64,000 nt of DNA from Entomortierella parvispora E1425 (taxonomy: Eukaryota; Fungi; Mortierellomycota). Location of the stretch: positions 1,178,001 through 1,242,000 of the forward strand of contig BQFW01000007.1 of the NCBI GenBank assembly GCA_020891255.1. The letters are read 5' to 3'. The translations under genes were made by a program, and so were the position numbers. Numbering within the stretch: the first letter of the stretch is position 1; each line of letters opens with the position of its first letter. This document shows positions 48,202 to 60,168 of this stretch, piece by piece. The notes below the pieces were generated by a model. That model was given only the letters and a program-made list of their open reading frames with translations, was not told the origin of the DNA and made no database searches.

Positions 48202-50228
48202 TCACCTTGATTCCAGGTGGGTCTTGACATCCTTGGCGACGCTGCAACCAGTCACAGCGGCGTCATTCTGGACAACCTTTGAGCCGACACGTTGGCTTGG
48301 CTCTTCATCAAAATCACTCTCGTCTAAGGCCTGATCTGCTGGAGGCTCCGCCGGATGGCAGTTGTCTACGTCTTCCATCCATTGACTCTGCAAAACGTGC
48401 CCTGCCTGCGAGCGTTTCCTGGGATTGATCTCCAGCAGTTTGTCTATCACCTCCGAAATGTATTCTGGCCAACCGAGGGTCGTGTGTGTCGCTTGTTCAA
48501 GGGCATAGATATTCACAAATTTGGCCTTGTGAGGTAGCCTACGTTGATCTCTAGGAGTCACCGACTCTTCCGTGAGAGTCTGTTCGACTTTGAATTGGTA
48601 GCTCTCCCAGATCGGATCTCCTTTGGAAGCCTCGGCCCAGTTGTAACGTCCGAGCCTCATGCACATGTAAATAATACCACAAGACCACATATCCACTTTG
48701 CTAATAGCCGACGAATTTTGGAACGTTTTTCCAAAGGTTAGGAAGACTGATACTAACTATAGGTAGGCGACACAGCTTTCGCGTTACGGTGGATGAAACT
48801 GGTTTCTCTTACCGAGCATCAAACGTCTTGCAAGTAAATTCTTCGGGGGCTATGAAGGGTCCACTTCCCCGGATCGAGGTCGAGGACCTGACTTTCTTTT
48901 CCCAGGGCATCCTGAAGACCTCACTGTTACCAAAATCCGCAATCTTGAGGCAGCCATCAGCAGTAAGGAGCAAATTCTCAGGCTTTAAGTCACGGTGAAC
49001 CACACCCATCGAGTGCAAGAAGGCGACTCCGTTGATGAGCTGGGAAAAGAAGCAACTGGACTCGGCTTCGCCAAGGGTGGTGGCACTGGCGATGAGCGTG
49101 TGCATGTCGCCACCGGGGCAATACTCCATCACCTCACTGTAAGCTTCGCTGTGGAGCTGAAGGAGATCCAGGGTCTGGATTACATTGACGTGCTTGAGCG
49201 AAGACGCGATACAAAACTCACTCGTCAACCGTCGCATGTAGGACTTTTGAGACTCGTCGTGATTGTGCTTGAACTCCTGTTAATTACAACAACACAGATG
49301 GACCTTGGTCAGCAAGAAGGCAAGACATATTCAATAACACAAGCAATAAAAGTACGCTCTTTTACCTTGATTGCAAACACAGTTTCATCGCCCGTCTCCG
49401 GATTCTTTTTGACCGAGAGTCTGACGGTTCCAAAGGTGCCTGTTGATGAGGGTAATATACGGTTAGACCGTGAGCAGATTACACCTTTCGACGTATTTTA
49501 GACAACTGGCTTTTCTTACCTCTGCCTACGACTTGCTGCAGATCACCATACTTTTGTAAAAACTCTTCCTTCACCGTTTGTTTCTTCTTGCTGCCGGGCG
49601 CTAAGTGCGACTCGCCCTCAAAGTCATGGATTTTTTCCTTCATTAAAGACAAAGGATGTTCCATGGCCTCCCGCTTGATATGGTGGCCAAGATGTAAAAG
49701 ATTATGGTGATGGTCCTCCTTGTCCTTCTTTACATCCAACAGCTCTCTGAACCTCCGAACCTGACTGAACAAAAACTGATGGCGTTTGGGTGCTGAAAGG
49801 TTGTGTCGGTGGGAGCCATGAGGGAGTCTCTCGAACCGGTGCTTACTCTCGTTGACGGAGGAGTGACCTGAGGAAGAAGGGGCAGCGTCTGAGGAGGAAG
49901 AGTCGATGGAGCGAGCGGCATTCTTTCCCGGCGCCGTTGGAAGGAGGTCGAAGGCTGAGGGAATTTCGGCCAGGATGTGACGCCGGCCACTGGCGCGACT
50001 TTTGATGGATGGTGCGGCGGAAGAGACCTCGCTTTGCGGTTGCGGTTGAAGCTGTTGAGAAGACGAAGCGTCGGACGTGACCAGCTGGGCTGGACCGTTT
50101 TCATTCTCAGCAGCAGCGATGGCAACCATGCCTGTGGGGACAGTAATGAGTAAGGGAGCTGCAGGGCCGATGTTGTCTTTGAGCGAAAGAGGAGCGAGGG
50201 TGGGCTCGGGGGGTGTGGCAGTTTCCAT
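48202..50228 (-). CDS. Ser/Thr protein kinase, NPR/HAL (Hrk1/Sat4-like) family, multi-exon
   Basis: VVGRG-TFGTV, VFAIK-EF, LTSEFCIASSLKHVNVIQTLDL, HRDLKPENLL, KIADFG, FIAPEEF, DMWSCGIIYMCM. Confidence 0.93.
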
Positions 50229-50605
50229 TGCAAAAGCGAGGGGGATGAAAGCGAATGGGAACGAATGAGTGAATGAATGTGAAAGTAGGCGCAGGGAAGA
50301 GCAGAGAAGAGCAGAGTGAGAAGGGAGGCGCGTGCCTGATCAAGACCTCCACGGTCTCGGCCAAGAAGGACAACAAGGACAAGGGTCATGGCATGGGCCA
50401 GTTGGACTGGCACAGTGCACCCTGTGCTCGTCCAACTACGCAGCAAGTGGTTCCAAGGTCACCGACTGCTGAGGTCATGATTTTGTTGGCGTGGGAGTGG
50501 CCAGTTGTTACAGTTGCATCACTCGATTGGCTTGGATATGTGGGAGGGCGAGGGAGGGGAGAGGAGGCAGTGCTCTGCTCAGCCACTCGGCTTTTCCCCT
50601 GCAGG

Positions 50606-50697
50606 TGTGCAATGTGCAGGTGTGCAATGTGCAAGTGGGGAGGTGTGCAAGTGTGCAGGCAGGCAGGCTGTGCAACCCCCCATTCCGTATTTGCACA
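50606..50697. repeat. Cluster of eight TGTGCA/TGCACA hexamers (includes a 15-bp unit x2)
   Basis: TGTGCA at 50606, 50613, 50621, 50628, 50644, 50652, 50669; TGCACA at 50692. Confidence 0.8.
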
Positions 50698-52181
50698 TTG
50701 GCGACGCGAGACGATTCCTCTCTTCCTCTCCGGGTGTGTCCTTGAAGTCAAAGATTCAAAGCCAGACCACCTTTGAGGCAGGTCTTCCACCGGTGCCATG
50801 TGGCGCTGTGTGACACCTACCTGTGCATCAGCCTGGAGAGGAAATCATGATCTACTGCTTTTCTTTTCTTTTTTTTGTCGTCCCTACCAGCTGCTGTCTT
50901 CATTTACTCTGTTTCGCATCCTTCTAGACTTTCCTTGACCCCTGTCTACCCTGTCTGCTGGAAGCGAGGATGGCAACAATTCAAAAATAGAGATAGACAG
51001 AGAAGGAAAGAAAAAAAAATAGAATTCAGTAGGGAAAAGGCGCCTGTTTTATTGGGGGCTGTTTGTTTGCCTGTCCGCTTGCTCGCTCGCTCGCTCACTC
51101 CCCTCCTTTTCGAGAAAGACAAAAGTTGGTCGTGTGTGTGCTCTCATTCTGCTTTTACGCTCTACAACTTTGAACGCTCTACAACTTTGACATTCAGGCC
51201 GCTCGGTTTATGCCTGCTGTTCAGATAGACGTCTTTAGCTGTATGGAGCAGCAAGAAAAGAGAGATGGCAAGATGGAAATGAGGAAAGAAAAACAAAATT
51301 AGAAGCGCGAAACCATCCCTGGAGTCAAACACGCCTGCCACACGATGATTCTGATCCATGTGTTGCAGAGGGTGGTCCCTGCCTCGAATGTCTTTGCTGG
51401 CTGCCAAGCTGCAGGCAGGGCGCAAGGAAACGATAAAGCAAAGGGCGGGGGTTGGAACAAAATAAAAAAAAAAAAAAAAAAGTGGGTGGAACACACGACT
51501 CAGCTGCAAAACCGAACTGAGCAATTGTCCACGACATATGAAGGTTGGCGAAGAAGGGCTCACATTCTACGCACTCCATCTCAGCGATGTTCGACTTCCT
51601 TGTTTTCCACAGCTAGGAAGGACAGACTCGACTGGCAATACAAAACACGGGCGAGATTGATTGAGAAGACATACAGTATGCAGGCTGGAGGTCAATCTGC
51701 CTGAGGAGCGTGGCACTCGTTGGAGTGTCTCTCCTCCCGACGGATCGACTGATCGCCTTTTCTCTCATCATTCTCTGCGATCACATCCATTCATCTCTCA
51801 TTCACCCTCATGACCCCTCCCTTCCTTCTCTGAACAAACACCTCGGGGCATACTGAGCACACGATAAATAGCTGGATCTGCGCATTAGCCTCCTTTTCAA
51901 TATCCCCTAGCACTAAAAAAGAAGATACCAGCACACGACCCCTCTCTTCCTTTTTCGCTCAGGGCCAACTTCTTTTCTTTGTTCACTCTTTCCTCACTTT
52001 GCTCCTCGGCCTTCTTTTGCTACCTCTCTCTTTCATAAACACACCCCCTCATCATACATACATACCTTTCCGTCCTCCTCCACCACCACCACCACCATCA
52101 CACACAGCTTTCAGGAACACACTTACCTCCTCATCACCGCTCTCTGCCTCGCTGCCTATCACACCCACTAGCAATACAGCG

Positions 52182-54306
52182 ATGACCTCAGTGCTACAAT
52201 CTCTGAGAACTCGCGTGCAGTCAATGGGCTTGACGTTCATTCTCGGCTTCCTCCTCTGTATCTTTCAATCCTCCGAGTCAATTTTAGTCAAGCTCGCAGG
52301 CAATCGACCAGAACCTCACCCAAGTTCGGCAAAACTCTTGTTCCTGGCTGAGCTGTTGAAGTTGTTGAGTAAGTACAGTAGCAAGCCAACAAGCTTCTCT
52401 ATGAGAAAAAGAAGCGCGCAGAAACAAGACTCTATGTTACCTTTGACCAGCAAAAAAAGAAAAGGAACACACCACTGTGGAGAAGACAGAAGGAAACACG
52501 GAAGGCAAGGCATCGGTGCACCTTGTGTTTGACGCTTGTGCCATCTTGCAAATGTGTCCATGCAGTGTGGAGCAACCACAAACCCCAGCACCAAGAGCAC
52601 TTGATGAGGTCTTCTCTCATCTCTCACTCTCCAGCGAATTGTCAAAAACACAACCCATCCAGCACCAAGCGAGACTTAAGAAGGGGGAAAATGAGCCAGG
52701 ACAGGACCAAAGAACGGCTCAAAGGAAAGGCGGGGCTGAAGGAACAGTGCCTTCGAACAGCCAAGCGGGAAACGGCAGAAGGGGACGCGATGTATTTTTG
52801 GTCGTGTGCGGGGGAGGAAAAGATATTTTTTCTCAACTGCTCTGCTCTTGTGCAACGATCGTGGTTCGGATGTCGTGTGGTGTTTACTGTTGCAGCACAC
52901 GACCAATGTTCCCATTTTAGTTGTGTGGTCATTCATGCTTTACGCCCACCTCCGACCCTTCAGTCTCCAGTTCTGGGTGACGTGAAGTTGTTCCAGGGAT
53001 TGCATCATTAACGCCACCATATTGTCACTCTCTAGTTTCATACGCCCTCCTCTCCGTTGAGCGGAAACACGTCGTTGGCTTTGGACAGTTGCTTCGGAGA
53101 AGGTGTTGCAAGAAAGGCGCTAAATGCGGTCGTTCCAATGGAGACGCAGAGATGCAACAGCAACAACAACAGCAACAACATCAACAGCTGGACCAGGAGG
53201 AACGTAGAGGAAAACGGCTCTTAAGTGATACCAATGACGACGAAGACGATGACGAGACTGAAGATATCGAATCCCCGGTTACCCCTACCTCCACAGATCG
53301 ATCAGAACGGTCAGCCGACTGCAGCTTTCCCCCGATTCTCCTCTTTGCGGTTCCCGGGGCCATCTACTTTTTCAACAACAACCTCACATTCGTGTTGCTT
53401 TCGCTCATGCCTGCACCCACCTACGTTGTGTTGTCCAACCTCAAGATTCTCACCACGGGATTTCTCTCGTACCTGTTCTTGCACCGACTTTTGACGACCC
53501 CCCAATGGATCTCGCTGGGGATTTTGTTTTTGTCGACAGCGGTCTCGCAGGTGGATCTGGAGAAGGGACTGAGTCTCTCAATCTCGATCCAGGCCTTCAT
53601 GCTCATGATGCTATTCTGCTCCCTTTCCGCGTTTGCATCCGTGTTCTCTGAATACGTGATGAAGGACAAGTTTGCCAAGGAATCGATTCATTTGCAAAAC
53701 ATGAAGCTCTACATGTTTGGCATCCTCTTCAACGGATTGACCTACCTACTCACCCCTGCGACTGCAACAGCCGGAGGAGCTGCAGTGGAAGCAGGTGGAT
53801 TCTGGTCAGATATTGCACCGATTCACTTTATGATTATTATGGCGTACGCTTCCCTGGGCTTGGTCACCTCGGCCATTATCAAGTTCTCGGGTTCGATTAC
53901 CAAGGTTTACGCGTCGTCCATGTCCATGTTCTTTGCAGCATTGGTGTCCTGGCTGTTGTTGAACGACCATTTGACGGTCCTGTTCTTTGTTGGATGCTTT
54001 GGATGCTGCTACGCCCTTCATCTCTACTACCGCGCACCATCCACCAACGCCGCAACAACTTCAGAATCATCCAACGGTACTGCCGTGTCTGGTGAGGATG
54101 AGGAAGAGTTGCTGGAGCGCAACAATGGAGAGTCTGCAGGCCGGCACTCGACATCCTCCTCCTCCTCTACCTTCTCTACCACTTTTACGAACTCATCACC
54201 CACCTCCACACAACATGCCCCGCTGTCTTCTGTGAAGGTGGTAGATCGCCATGAATATCTCTCCTTGGACACCATTGATGACCATGACGATGACAACAGG
54301 AGGTAG
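52182..54306 (+). CDS. Nucleotide-sugar transporter (SLC35A-like); exons 52182-52368, 53036-54306
   Basis: Splice gives FLAELLKLL-ISYALL; LFAVPGAIYFFNNNL, YVVLSNLKILTTG, QWISLGIL, FASVFSEYVMK, IHLQNMKLYMFG, GLVTSAIIKFSGSITK. Confidence 0.92.
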
Positions 54307-54467
54307 TCCTTCCCCTATCGGTATACCTTCCTAATAGCACCCGTCCCATGAATCCCTCCATCCTCACTTGTACAATAAACCGCTCAAAAAATGAATAAAG
54401 CAACAGACAAAGAAACGTGTATTATTGATTATTCTAGGGTAGCTTGCGGTCAGGTCCTCTTCCAATG

Positions 54468-54767
54468 CTACACCGCCTCTACGTTGTTGTTACGTTTCCA
54501 GCACTCTCGAAAGGCCGTCATGGCGTCCTTGCAAGCTCGCCAGTCGTGTGTTTCGGAATAACAGTTTTGGAGAGCTTCGTTCTCGGCGGCACAGCCTGTC
54601 CGTTCAATCCGCTTCTCGTACTCGTCCTCGTCTTCCTCCTCCTCCTCTGCACCCTCTGGCTTTTGTGGGCGCTGATGTGGCTCATGAGGACGGGCTGTCG
54701 GCGCCCATTCGGGATCGTCCTTGTGCTGATCAGTTGAGGACGAGGAAGATTGCGCTGATTTGGACAT
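54468..54767 (-). CDS. COA4: Cytochrome c oxidase assembly factor 4 (twin CX9C protein)
   Basis: RIERTGCAAENEALQNCYSETHDWRACKDAMTAFRECW, two CX9C motifs with the DWRxC signature. Confidence 0.9.
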   Translation of the reverse strand: MSKSAQSSSSSTDQHKDDPEWAPTARPHEPHQRPQKPEGAEEEEEDEDEYEKRIERTGCAAENEALQNCYSETHDWRACKDAMTAFRECWKRNNNVEAV

Positions 54768-55023
54768 TAGGTTTTTAGAGGAGGAAAAGAAAGTTGTGGG
54801 AATGAATTGCTTGAAGCAAGAGTTGAAGAGGACGGATGGGTCTCGACGAACAAGGGTAATGCGAGAAGAGGAATGAAGGGACTTTTTTTTTTTCCCCTTT
54901 TTTTTCCTTGTCCGCAAGAGAACGCGGGTTGATCTGGGGAGGTTTTTTTTTATGTCTTCAATCGTCGTTTATTCAATATGAACCAAAATGAGATGATCCG
55001 AATCGTCCTTTTTTTGCAGCACC

Positions 55024-56701
55024 TTAGCTGAGGATTGCCAGGACCACAATGCCCGCTACCACGGATACAATCAACAGAAGGTAGCACGATTTTTTGCGTG
55101 CGTTCCGTTGATGAATCGCCGCTGTTGTCAATTCCTCTGAAGCGGCATTTGTGCTCATACTGATAGACGTGACATTGTTCTCAATTGAATCTATTCAGAG
55201 GGAACGAAAAAGAAAAGGTGAGTAGATAGATCATGGCTAGATAACCTTTGCGCACTGGCACGTGGCGCTTACCGAGCATGCTTCCTTGTTCGTTGACCAT
55301 AGTGCCCAGGTCGCGGAAGATCTCGTTCAGCTCGGTAATACCATGTTCAATCTCCCGAATCTCTTCCTCGCGTTGAACAATCATGGACTCGTTGTATTCC
55401 AGCTCATTGTCGACCACCATCAATTGCATCCTTCGCTGGCTATCTTGGACCAAAGGTTGTTCTCCAGAAGCACTAGCATCCTCATCCCTTAGAGAATTAA
55501 ACAAGCCGATTATTAGAATGAGCAGTTATATTGACATATCGACATGAGGGGGGTGAGCTTTGGAAAAGGATCATTGCTCCGCACTTACTCGTAATCATTT
55601 CGCACGTTCGACTTTCGTGCCTGGTCCACAAAATTGCGCTGCGTCTCTGCAGACACTCTCTGTACTTTTTGGAACTCAACCAACACCCTCTGAAAGTCCT
55701 TGGATAGCTTTTGGTACTCGATTTTTTTCTATGTTAGAGAACAAACTTGAACTCGTTAGTTTCCTCGTGGTCATTCGCTTAGGCCATGACCTATTCCAAT
55801 GTACTCTAGCAACGTTGTTGATTGCATGAGCTTTAGGTCTTTTGATGGTTAATTCTTACCCCGGTGGTGTTATCGAACCTTGCAAGGTCCTTGACGTCCT
55901 GGCTGGTATCCTTGACTTGCAAACGTGTCTCTTCGGTGATATCATGACTTGATGCAGAAGCAAGAGAGAAGAGGATTAGCAATTGCAAACGAAGGTTTAG
56001 CCGCCGATAATGAAATGACGTTGACAACACAGACGTCCCTGTGGTCAGGTCAGGAGATAATTTTTTTGAAGTCGAAGAATTCGCCCAAAAAAAACATCGG
56101 GGAGAGACAAACGCCAAGAGAAACCCGAGATGCTTACAGCTTTGTCCGCAATTCCTCTGTATCCTTGTGGGTGCCCAAAAGGGCAACGAGTCGCTGTATT
56201 GATGACACGTTGCTATTGATCTTGAAGACCTGCTGCGAGATTTGCTGCACCCGGGTACTGAAAGCCTGCGCCGCGTCGGCTGAATGAAGAGAAGAGAAAG
56301 AAATGAGACACGCACGAAAAGTCAGTGGTCATGGTCATTCGCCGCGTTGTCTTTTCCTGAGTGAAGTCCGACTCCTGCGAGTTATGGAGTCTTTATCGTG
56401 TTGTATCCCTGCACGTAACAGTCGTTTTCTGGTAAACATGCATTGTCTGGCGAGGAGTTTGGGCTCTTCGCTCAGAATGGCGTCTGTCCAGAAATCACTT
56501 CACAGAATGGGGTCCATGTTGTTCTTTCATTTAGTTCAAGAAGCAGAAAATGCTTGTTTGCTATTCCTTCCATGAGACCTTCCATGAATACTGGTGTGCA
56601 TGCACCTCCTTACCATTGTTATTTTCTCGAGGGTTGGGGTTGTTTCCACCAGTACGTCGATAGCCGCCTCCCTCTCCTCGTTCCAAGTCTGCAAAGGACA
56701 T
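55024..56701 (-). CDS. PEP12: Endosomal/vacuolar Qa-SNARE syntaxin (PEP12/VAM3, STX7/12-like), multi-exon
   Basis: MSFADLERG start, Habc helices (LGTHKDTEELRTKL), SNARE motif IVQREEEIREIEHGITELNEIFRDLGTMVNEQGSML, C-terminal TM ending LAILS stop. Confidence 0.92.
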
Positions 56702-56946
56702 TGTTCAAACAGAATGTGAAAATGTGAGTGTGTGTGGGTAAGGATGAATGTGTAATCTGCGCGGGTTGGAGGGACTTGAAGGAAGGAAGAAGGGGAAAAG
56801 AGAAAAGAGTTGATAATGAGGGAACAAGTGGAAGAGAAACGAATAAGTGAGGAAGCGCGAGGAAAAAAAAAGAGTTTTCGCACGACTGTAGAAAAAAATC
56901 GCTAATAGCTTTTAATTTTTCCCTACTATTCTTCATTCAGGACGCA

Positions 56947-58438
56947 TCAATCATCTGAATATCTTTCTACGATCTTGATCTTGCAGTCGTTCTCCAAAAT
57001 ATCCTTTGTCTCGTCCGTCATATCGACCTGCACCAGCTTCTGGAGCTTGGGCCAATTCACCTGAACCCAACGAGCCTCTGCTTCACCCCACACTGATTCC
57101 CAGCCAGAAAAGCCGCCTACAAAGGACCTTAAACGTCCAAGAGTCCTCAAAGAATCCAACCCTACTTCGCCAGCCGACAATGTGAAAAGCAGTTCCCCTG
57201 ACATGTACATATTTAGCGACTCGAGTTTGACGAGCTCCGATAGCCGAGAGAGGACCATGGCCTGCGTGGGGATAGGGCCGGCAAAAATGAACCTTAGGCG
57301 CAACTTTTTCAAGTCTCTACAGACCCAGGGATTGTCTTCTGCTAAGATATCCGAGGTCCATATCTCATATCCTTTAAACACCTCCAGCTTTGGCATGGAG
57401 CAGAGAATGGACTGTATGGCGGGGCCAGGCAGGTTCTTGCAGTTATGAAGCTTCAGGACCCGGAGGGTTGTCAAATGGCGAGGGGATAGGCCCTTCAGTG
57501 TGGTCCAAGCATCCAGGCCAAACTCGGAGCCAGGCAGACAAAGTCCAACCAGTCGTGGAATCCACTCTACCACTTTTGAAAAATCTTTCAGTTGGAACGA
57601 CTGCTGCGGCAAATCAAGGAACTCAAGTCTCCTCATCCAGCGACAGTCGGCCGATTGCCTGAGCTCGCGCGCCAGGAAATACATCGGCCCCCTCTCCCTG
57701 TCACTACCAGGAGATCCCGTAAACCACCGGAGATGGATCAGGTTACATCGCTTGATGAGCCAAAGGTGACAATCCTGGACGTGAGTGCTGTCAAATGAAG
57801 TCCCGACAATGGTGAGTTCCTGGATATTAGACGATGGTAGGGATTGGTTCATTAAATCGGTAATAGAGCTAGCTTGGTCGAACCATGGGCCTGCCAAGCC
57901 AAGAGTATCGAGGCGAGACCACACCTTCTCGTACATCCGAGTCAATTGATCAGAACACTCTGGCAAAGGCGCCTTCCAAGCATACAGAACTCGAAGCTTC
58001 TGGCATCCAATTATGGCATCCAAGAACTCGGTTGAAAGGGATTGCTCAGTAGAGAGACCCATCAGAGTGTGTCGATGCCGATGTACCATGTCAGCGGTGG
58101 CTTTAGATCCGTCCAGGACTCGACTGAGGACCAAGTTGTTCAGGTTCGGAAAGAACACCTCTCCTCGATCATGATTCTGAACATAGACCCGGCGGACCAG
58201 CGAAGAGTACGCGGGCCCAATCCGGAGAGGTAATCTGCTCGCTCCAGAATTTAAAAACTCAATATTGGACCAGATCCGAGGGACTAGCACATGGTACCAT
58301 AGATGACAAACACGAAGACAGGTAGTCACGTCTGTTGGGCTCAAATACTTTCCAACCACCATGACAATTTCAGGAAGTTCAAGTGGATAGGGTCGAATAT
58401 GTTCTTGCTGTTCACAGGATCCTAAAAAAAAAGGCATT
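56947..58438 (-). CDS. Intact F-box/LRR protein, single exon
   Basis: PLELPEIVMVVGKYLSPTDVTTCLRVCHLWYHVLVPRIW (F-box), LRR-like repeats, DNPWVCRDLKKL, and C-terminal WGEAEARWVQVNWPKL. Confidence 0.9.
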
Positions 58439-58742
58439 GTGGAGAGCGTAGAGAGGAATTGTAAATGGCGAAGGAGTTGGAATGAATTGCATTGCTTCAC
58501 GTGGCACAGTCGATTTTTTCCAGGCGCGTACCGCTCGCACCATGTCCACTTTTTTTTCCCCCCCTCGATCGTCTTACCTTGTACCTAGTGCAACTAGACT
58601 TCGCAAGAAATAAAAATCAAGCCGATAACCATGTCGTTGCGGCGATGGTCTATGGCAAAAGGCAAGGTCAGTGGACAAGAGACCCAAAAGCAGGGTCTTC
58701 CATCGCAAGAAAGAGTAGCAAAAGGTAACAAAAAAGAATTTG

Positions 58743-58814
58743 TGGAGCAGCTGGTGATTGAAACCAGGGCCTCTCGCATGCAAAGCGAGCGCTCTACCAC
58801 TGAGCTACAACCCC
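58743..58814 (-). tRNA. tRNA-Ala(TGC) with atypical T-stem (U53-A61) and U6/U67 mismatch
   Basis: GGGGTTGTAGCTCAGTGGTAGAGCGCTCGCTTTGCATGCGAGAGGCCCTGGTTTCAATCACCAGCTGCTCCA folds to a cloverleaf with G3:U70 and A73; T6 terminator downstream. Functionality is uncertain. Confidence 0.85.
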
Positions 58815-58869
58815 TTAATTCACATGATATCCAGAAGTTATGATCGACTAAGATTCAGCGGATCATATG

Positions 58870-58900
58870 TCACGTGACGATCACTTTGAACATCACGTGA
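58870..58900. promoter_or_regulatory. Two TCACGTGA E-boxes upstream of tRNA-Ala (58870-58877, 58893-58900)
   Basis: 56 and 79 bp upstream; an additional TCACATGA sits at 58820-58827. Confidence 0.6.
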
Positions 58901-59064
58901 AGATGCTGCGGTGTTGCCAAGCGACCAAAAAAAGGCAGGGTTGGTGCTCTCTCCGCAACGCCGCCTCAAGGGACAGCTGGGAACATGCAACTGCGCACTA
59001 ATGGATCTGCGCAAACAAAAGCTATTGGTTCACTCTTGGTCAACTGTGATCTTCAACTGGAATT

Positions 59065-60006
59065 TTACTCGATTTTGATATCAAAATGCTCCCACTCTGC
59101 CTCTGTGAATTCAATCCCAAAGAATTCCTTGAGAATATTCTGTCTCTGATCCTCCGTCTCAATATCAATACTCATGACCGTGCCATTGCTATCCCTGATT
59201 TTGAACGACTTGTTCATGAGAAGGTTATATTTTCCATCCAAGGTTCCCTGAAAGACCCAAAATTGACCATAGAAAGTTGACTTAGGTGAACAGCTGGACC
59301 AATAGTTGTTGATTTCACAATCGATGGCGTAGTATTGTCGTTCTGTGAAGGCGTAACAGGGCGTCCATTTCTCACGACCGCCCTTGTCCTTGTCCTCCAT
59401 GCCCATAAATTCTTGGACCTGCCAATATTCCTCTCCAGAGTGTCCCAAAATGTGAGGTTCCTCCAAGTTATGAAACGCCTTGACCATCCTCCGTCGATGA
59501 CCAAAGAATTCGACTTCAAAGCCCTCTTCCAACTTGAGGGGATAGAAAGACGAGGCTCCAAACCCGATATCAAAGACGTATTTAGAGTTGTTGTCCTCTG
59601 CAAACCGGATGATCGTAACTCGATGGGTCAGACCTCGAAAAGAGATCGGGTCGTCGGGTTGGCGGGGTTTGCACATCCGGGCAAGTGTATATTGGGTAGT
59701 GAACCCCAAACCACGAAGTAATTCAAAGGCCAACTTGTTGAGCGAAAAGCACCATCCTCCCCGGCGTCGATTGACAACACGATCGTAGATTGCATCCAGC
59801 TCTATCTCGACTGTGCGAGACTTTGTGGCTCGGAGAGAAAGCAGCTCAAAAGGTATAGAGGTCACACATCGGTAGTGCAGTTCGCGCAGCGTGTCCAGAG
59901 TGGGTTCTGGAAGGACATTGGCGTGTTTGAAAGGATACCCAATACGCTCGAGGATGGCAAATATCTGCTCCTGTGAAAAGTGCTCTTCCTTTATGACAGG
60001 CACCAT
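59065..60006 (-). CDS. NAT: Arylamine N-acetyltransferase, single exon
   Basis: SIPFEL, RRRGGWCFSLN (catalytic Cys), LTHRVTII (His), YVFDIGFG (Asp). Confidence 0.94.
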   Translation of the reverse strand: MVPVIKEEHFSQEQIFAILERIGYPFKHANVLPEPTLDTLRELHYRCVTSIPFELLSLRATKSRTVEIELDAIYDRVVNRRRGGWCFSLNKLAFELLRGLGFTTQYTLARMCKPRQPDDPISFRGLTHRVTIIRFAEDNNSKYVFDIGFGASSFYPLKLEEGFEVEFFGHRRRMVKAFHNLEEPHILGHSGEEYWQVQEFMGMEDKDKGGREKWTPCYAFTERQYYAIDCEINNYWSSCSPKSTFYGQFWVFQGTLDGKYNLLMNKSFKIRDSNGTVMSIDIETEDQRQNILKEFFGIEFTEAEWEHFDIKIE

Positions 60007-60124
60007 AAGGGAAAGTGGGGAGAATGGGAAGGAGGGCTTTTTGCAGTGGAGCTTTCGGAAGGAAAGCCAAAAAAAAAAAAAGGAAAAGAGCAGTTGGCGC
60101 GTCCCGCGGCGGCGCCGATGAAGA

Positions 60125-60168
60125 TCACGTGATATAAATGTCACGTGATACAATCATATATCACGTGA
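60125..60168. promoter_or_regulatory. Three TCACGTGA E-boxes between the NAT start and tRNA-Phe (60125-60132, 60141-60148, 60161-60168)
   Basis: Exact palindromes starting 93, 77 and 57 bp upstream of tRNA-Phe, with a TATAAA-like element between the first two. Confidence 0.6.

Noticed and set aside
3977-54306. HMG-box gene, RNA helicase and a sugar-transporter-family gene in one window as a Mucorales-type sex locus (tptA-sexM/P-rnhA)
   Set aside because: The genes are tens of kb apart with many unrelated genes between them. The helicase is DBP10, the transporter is SLC35A-like rather than TPT, and the HMG box looks HMGB-type (ending DKKRYQSEMESY) rather than MATA-type.
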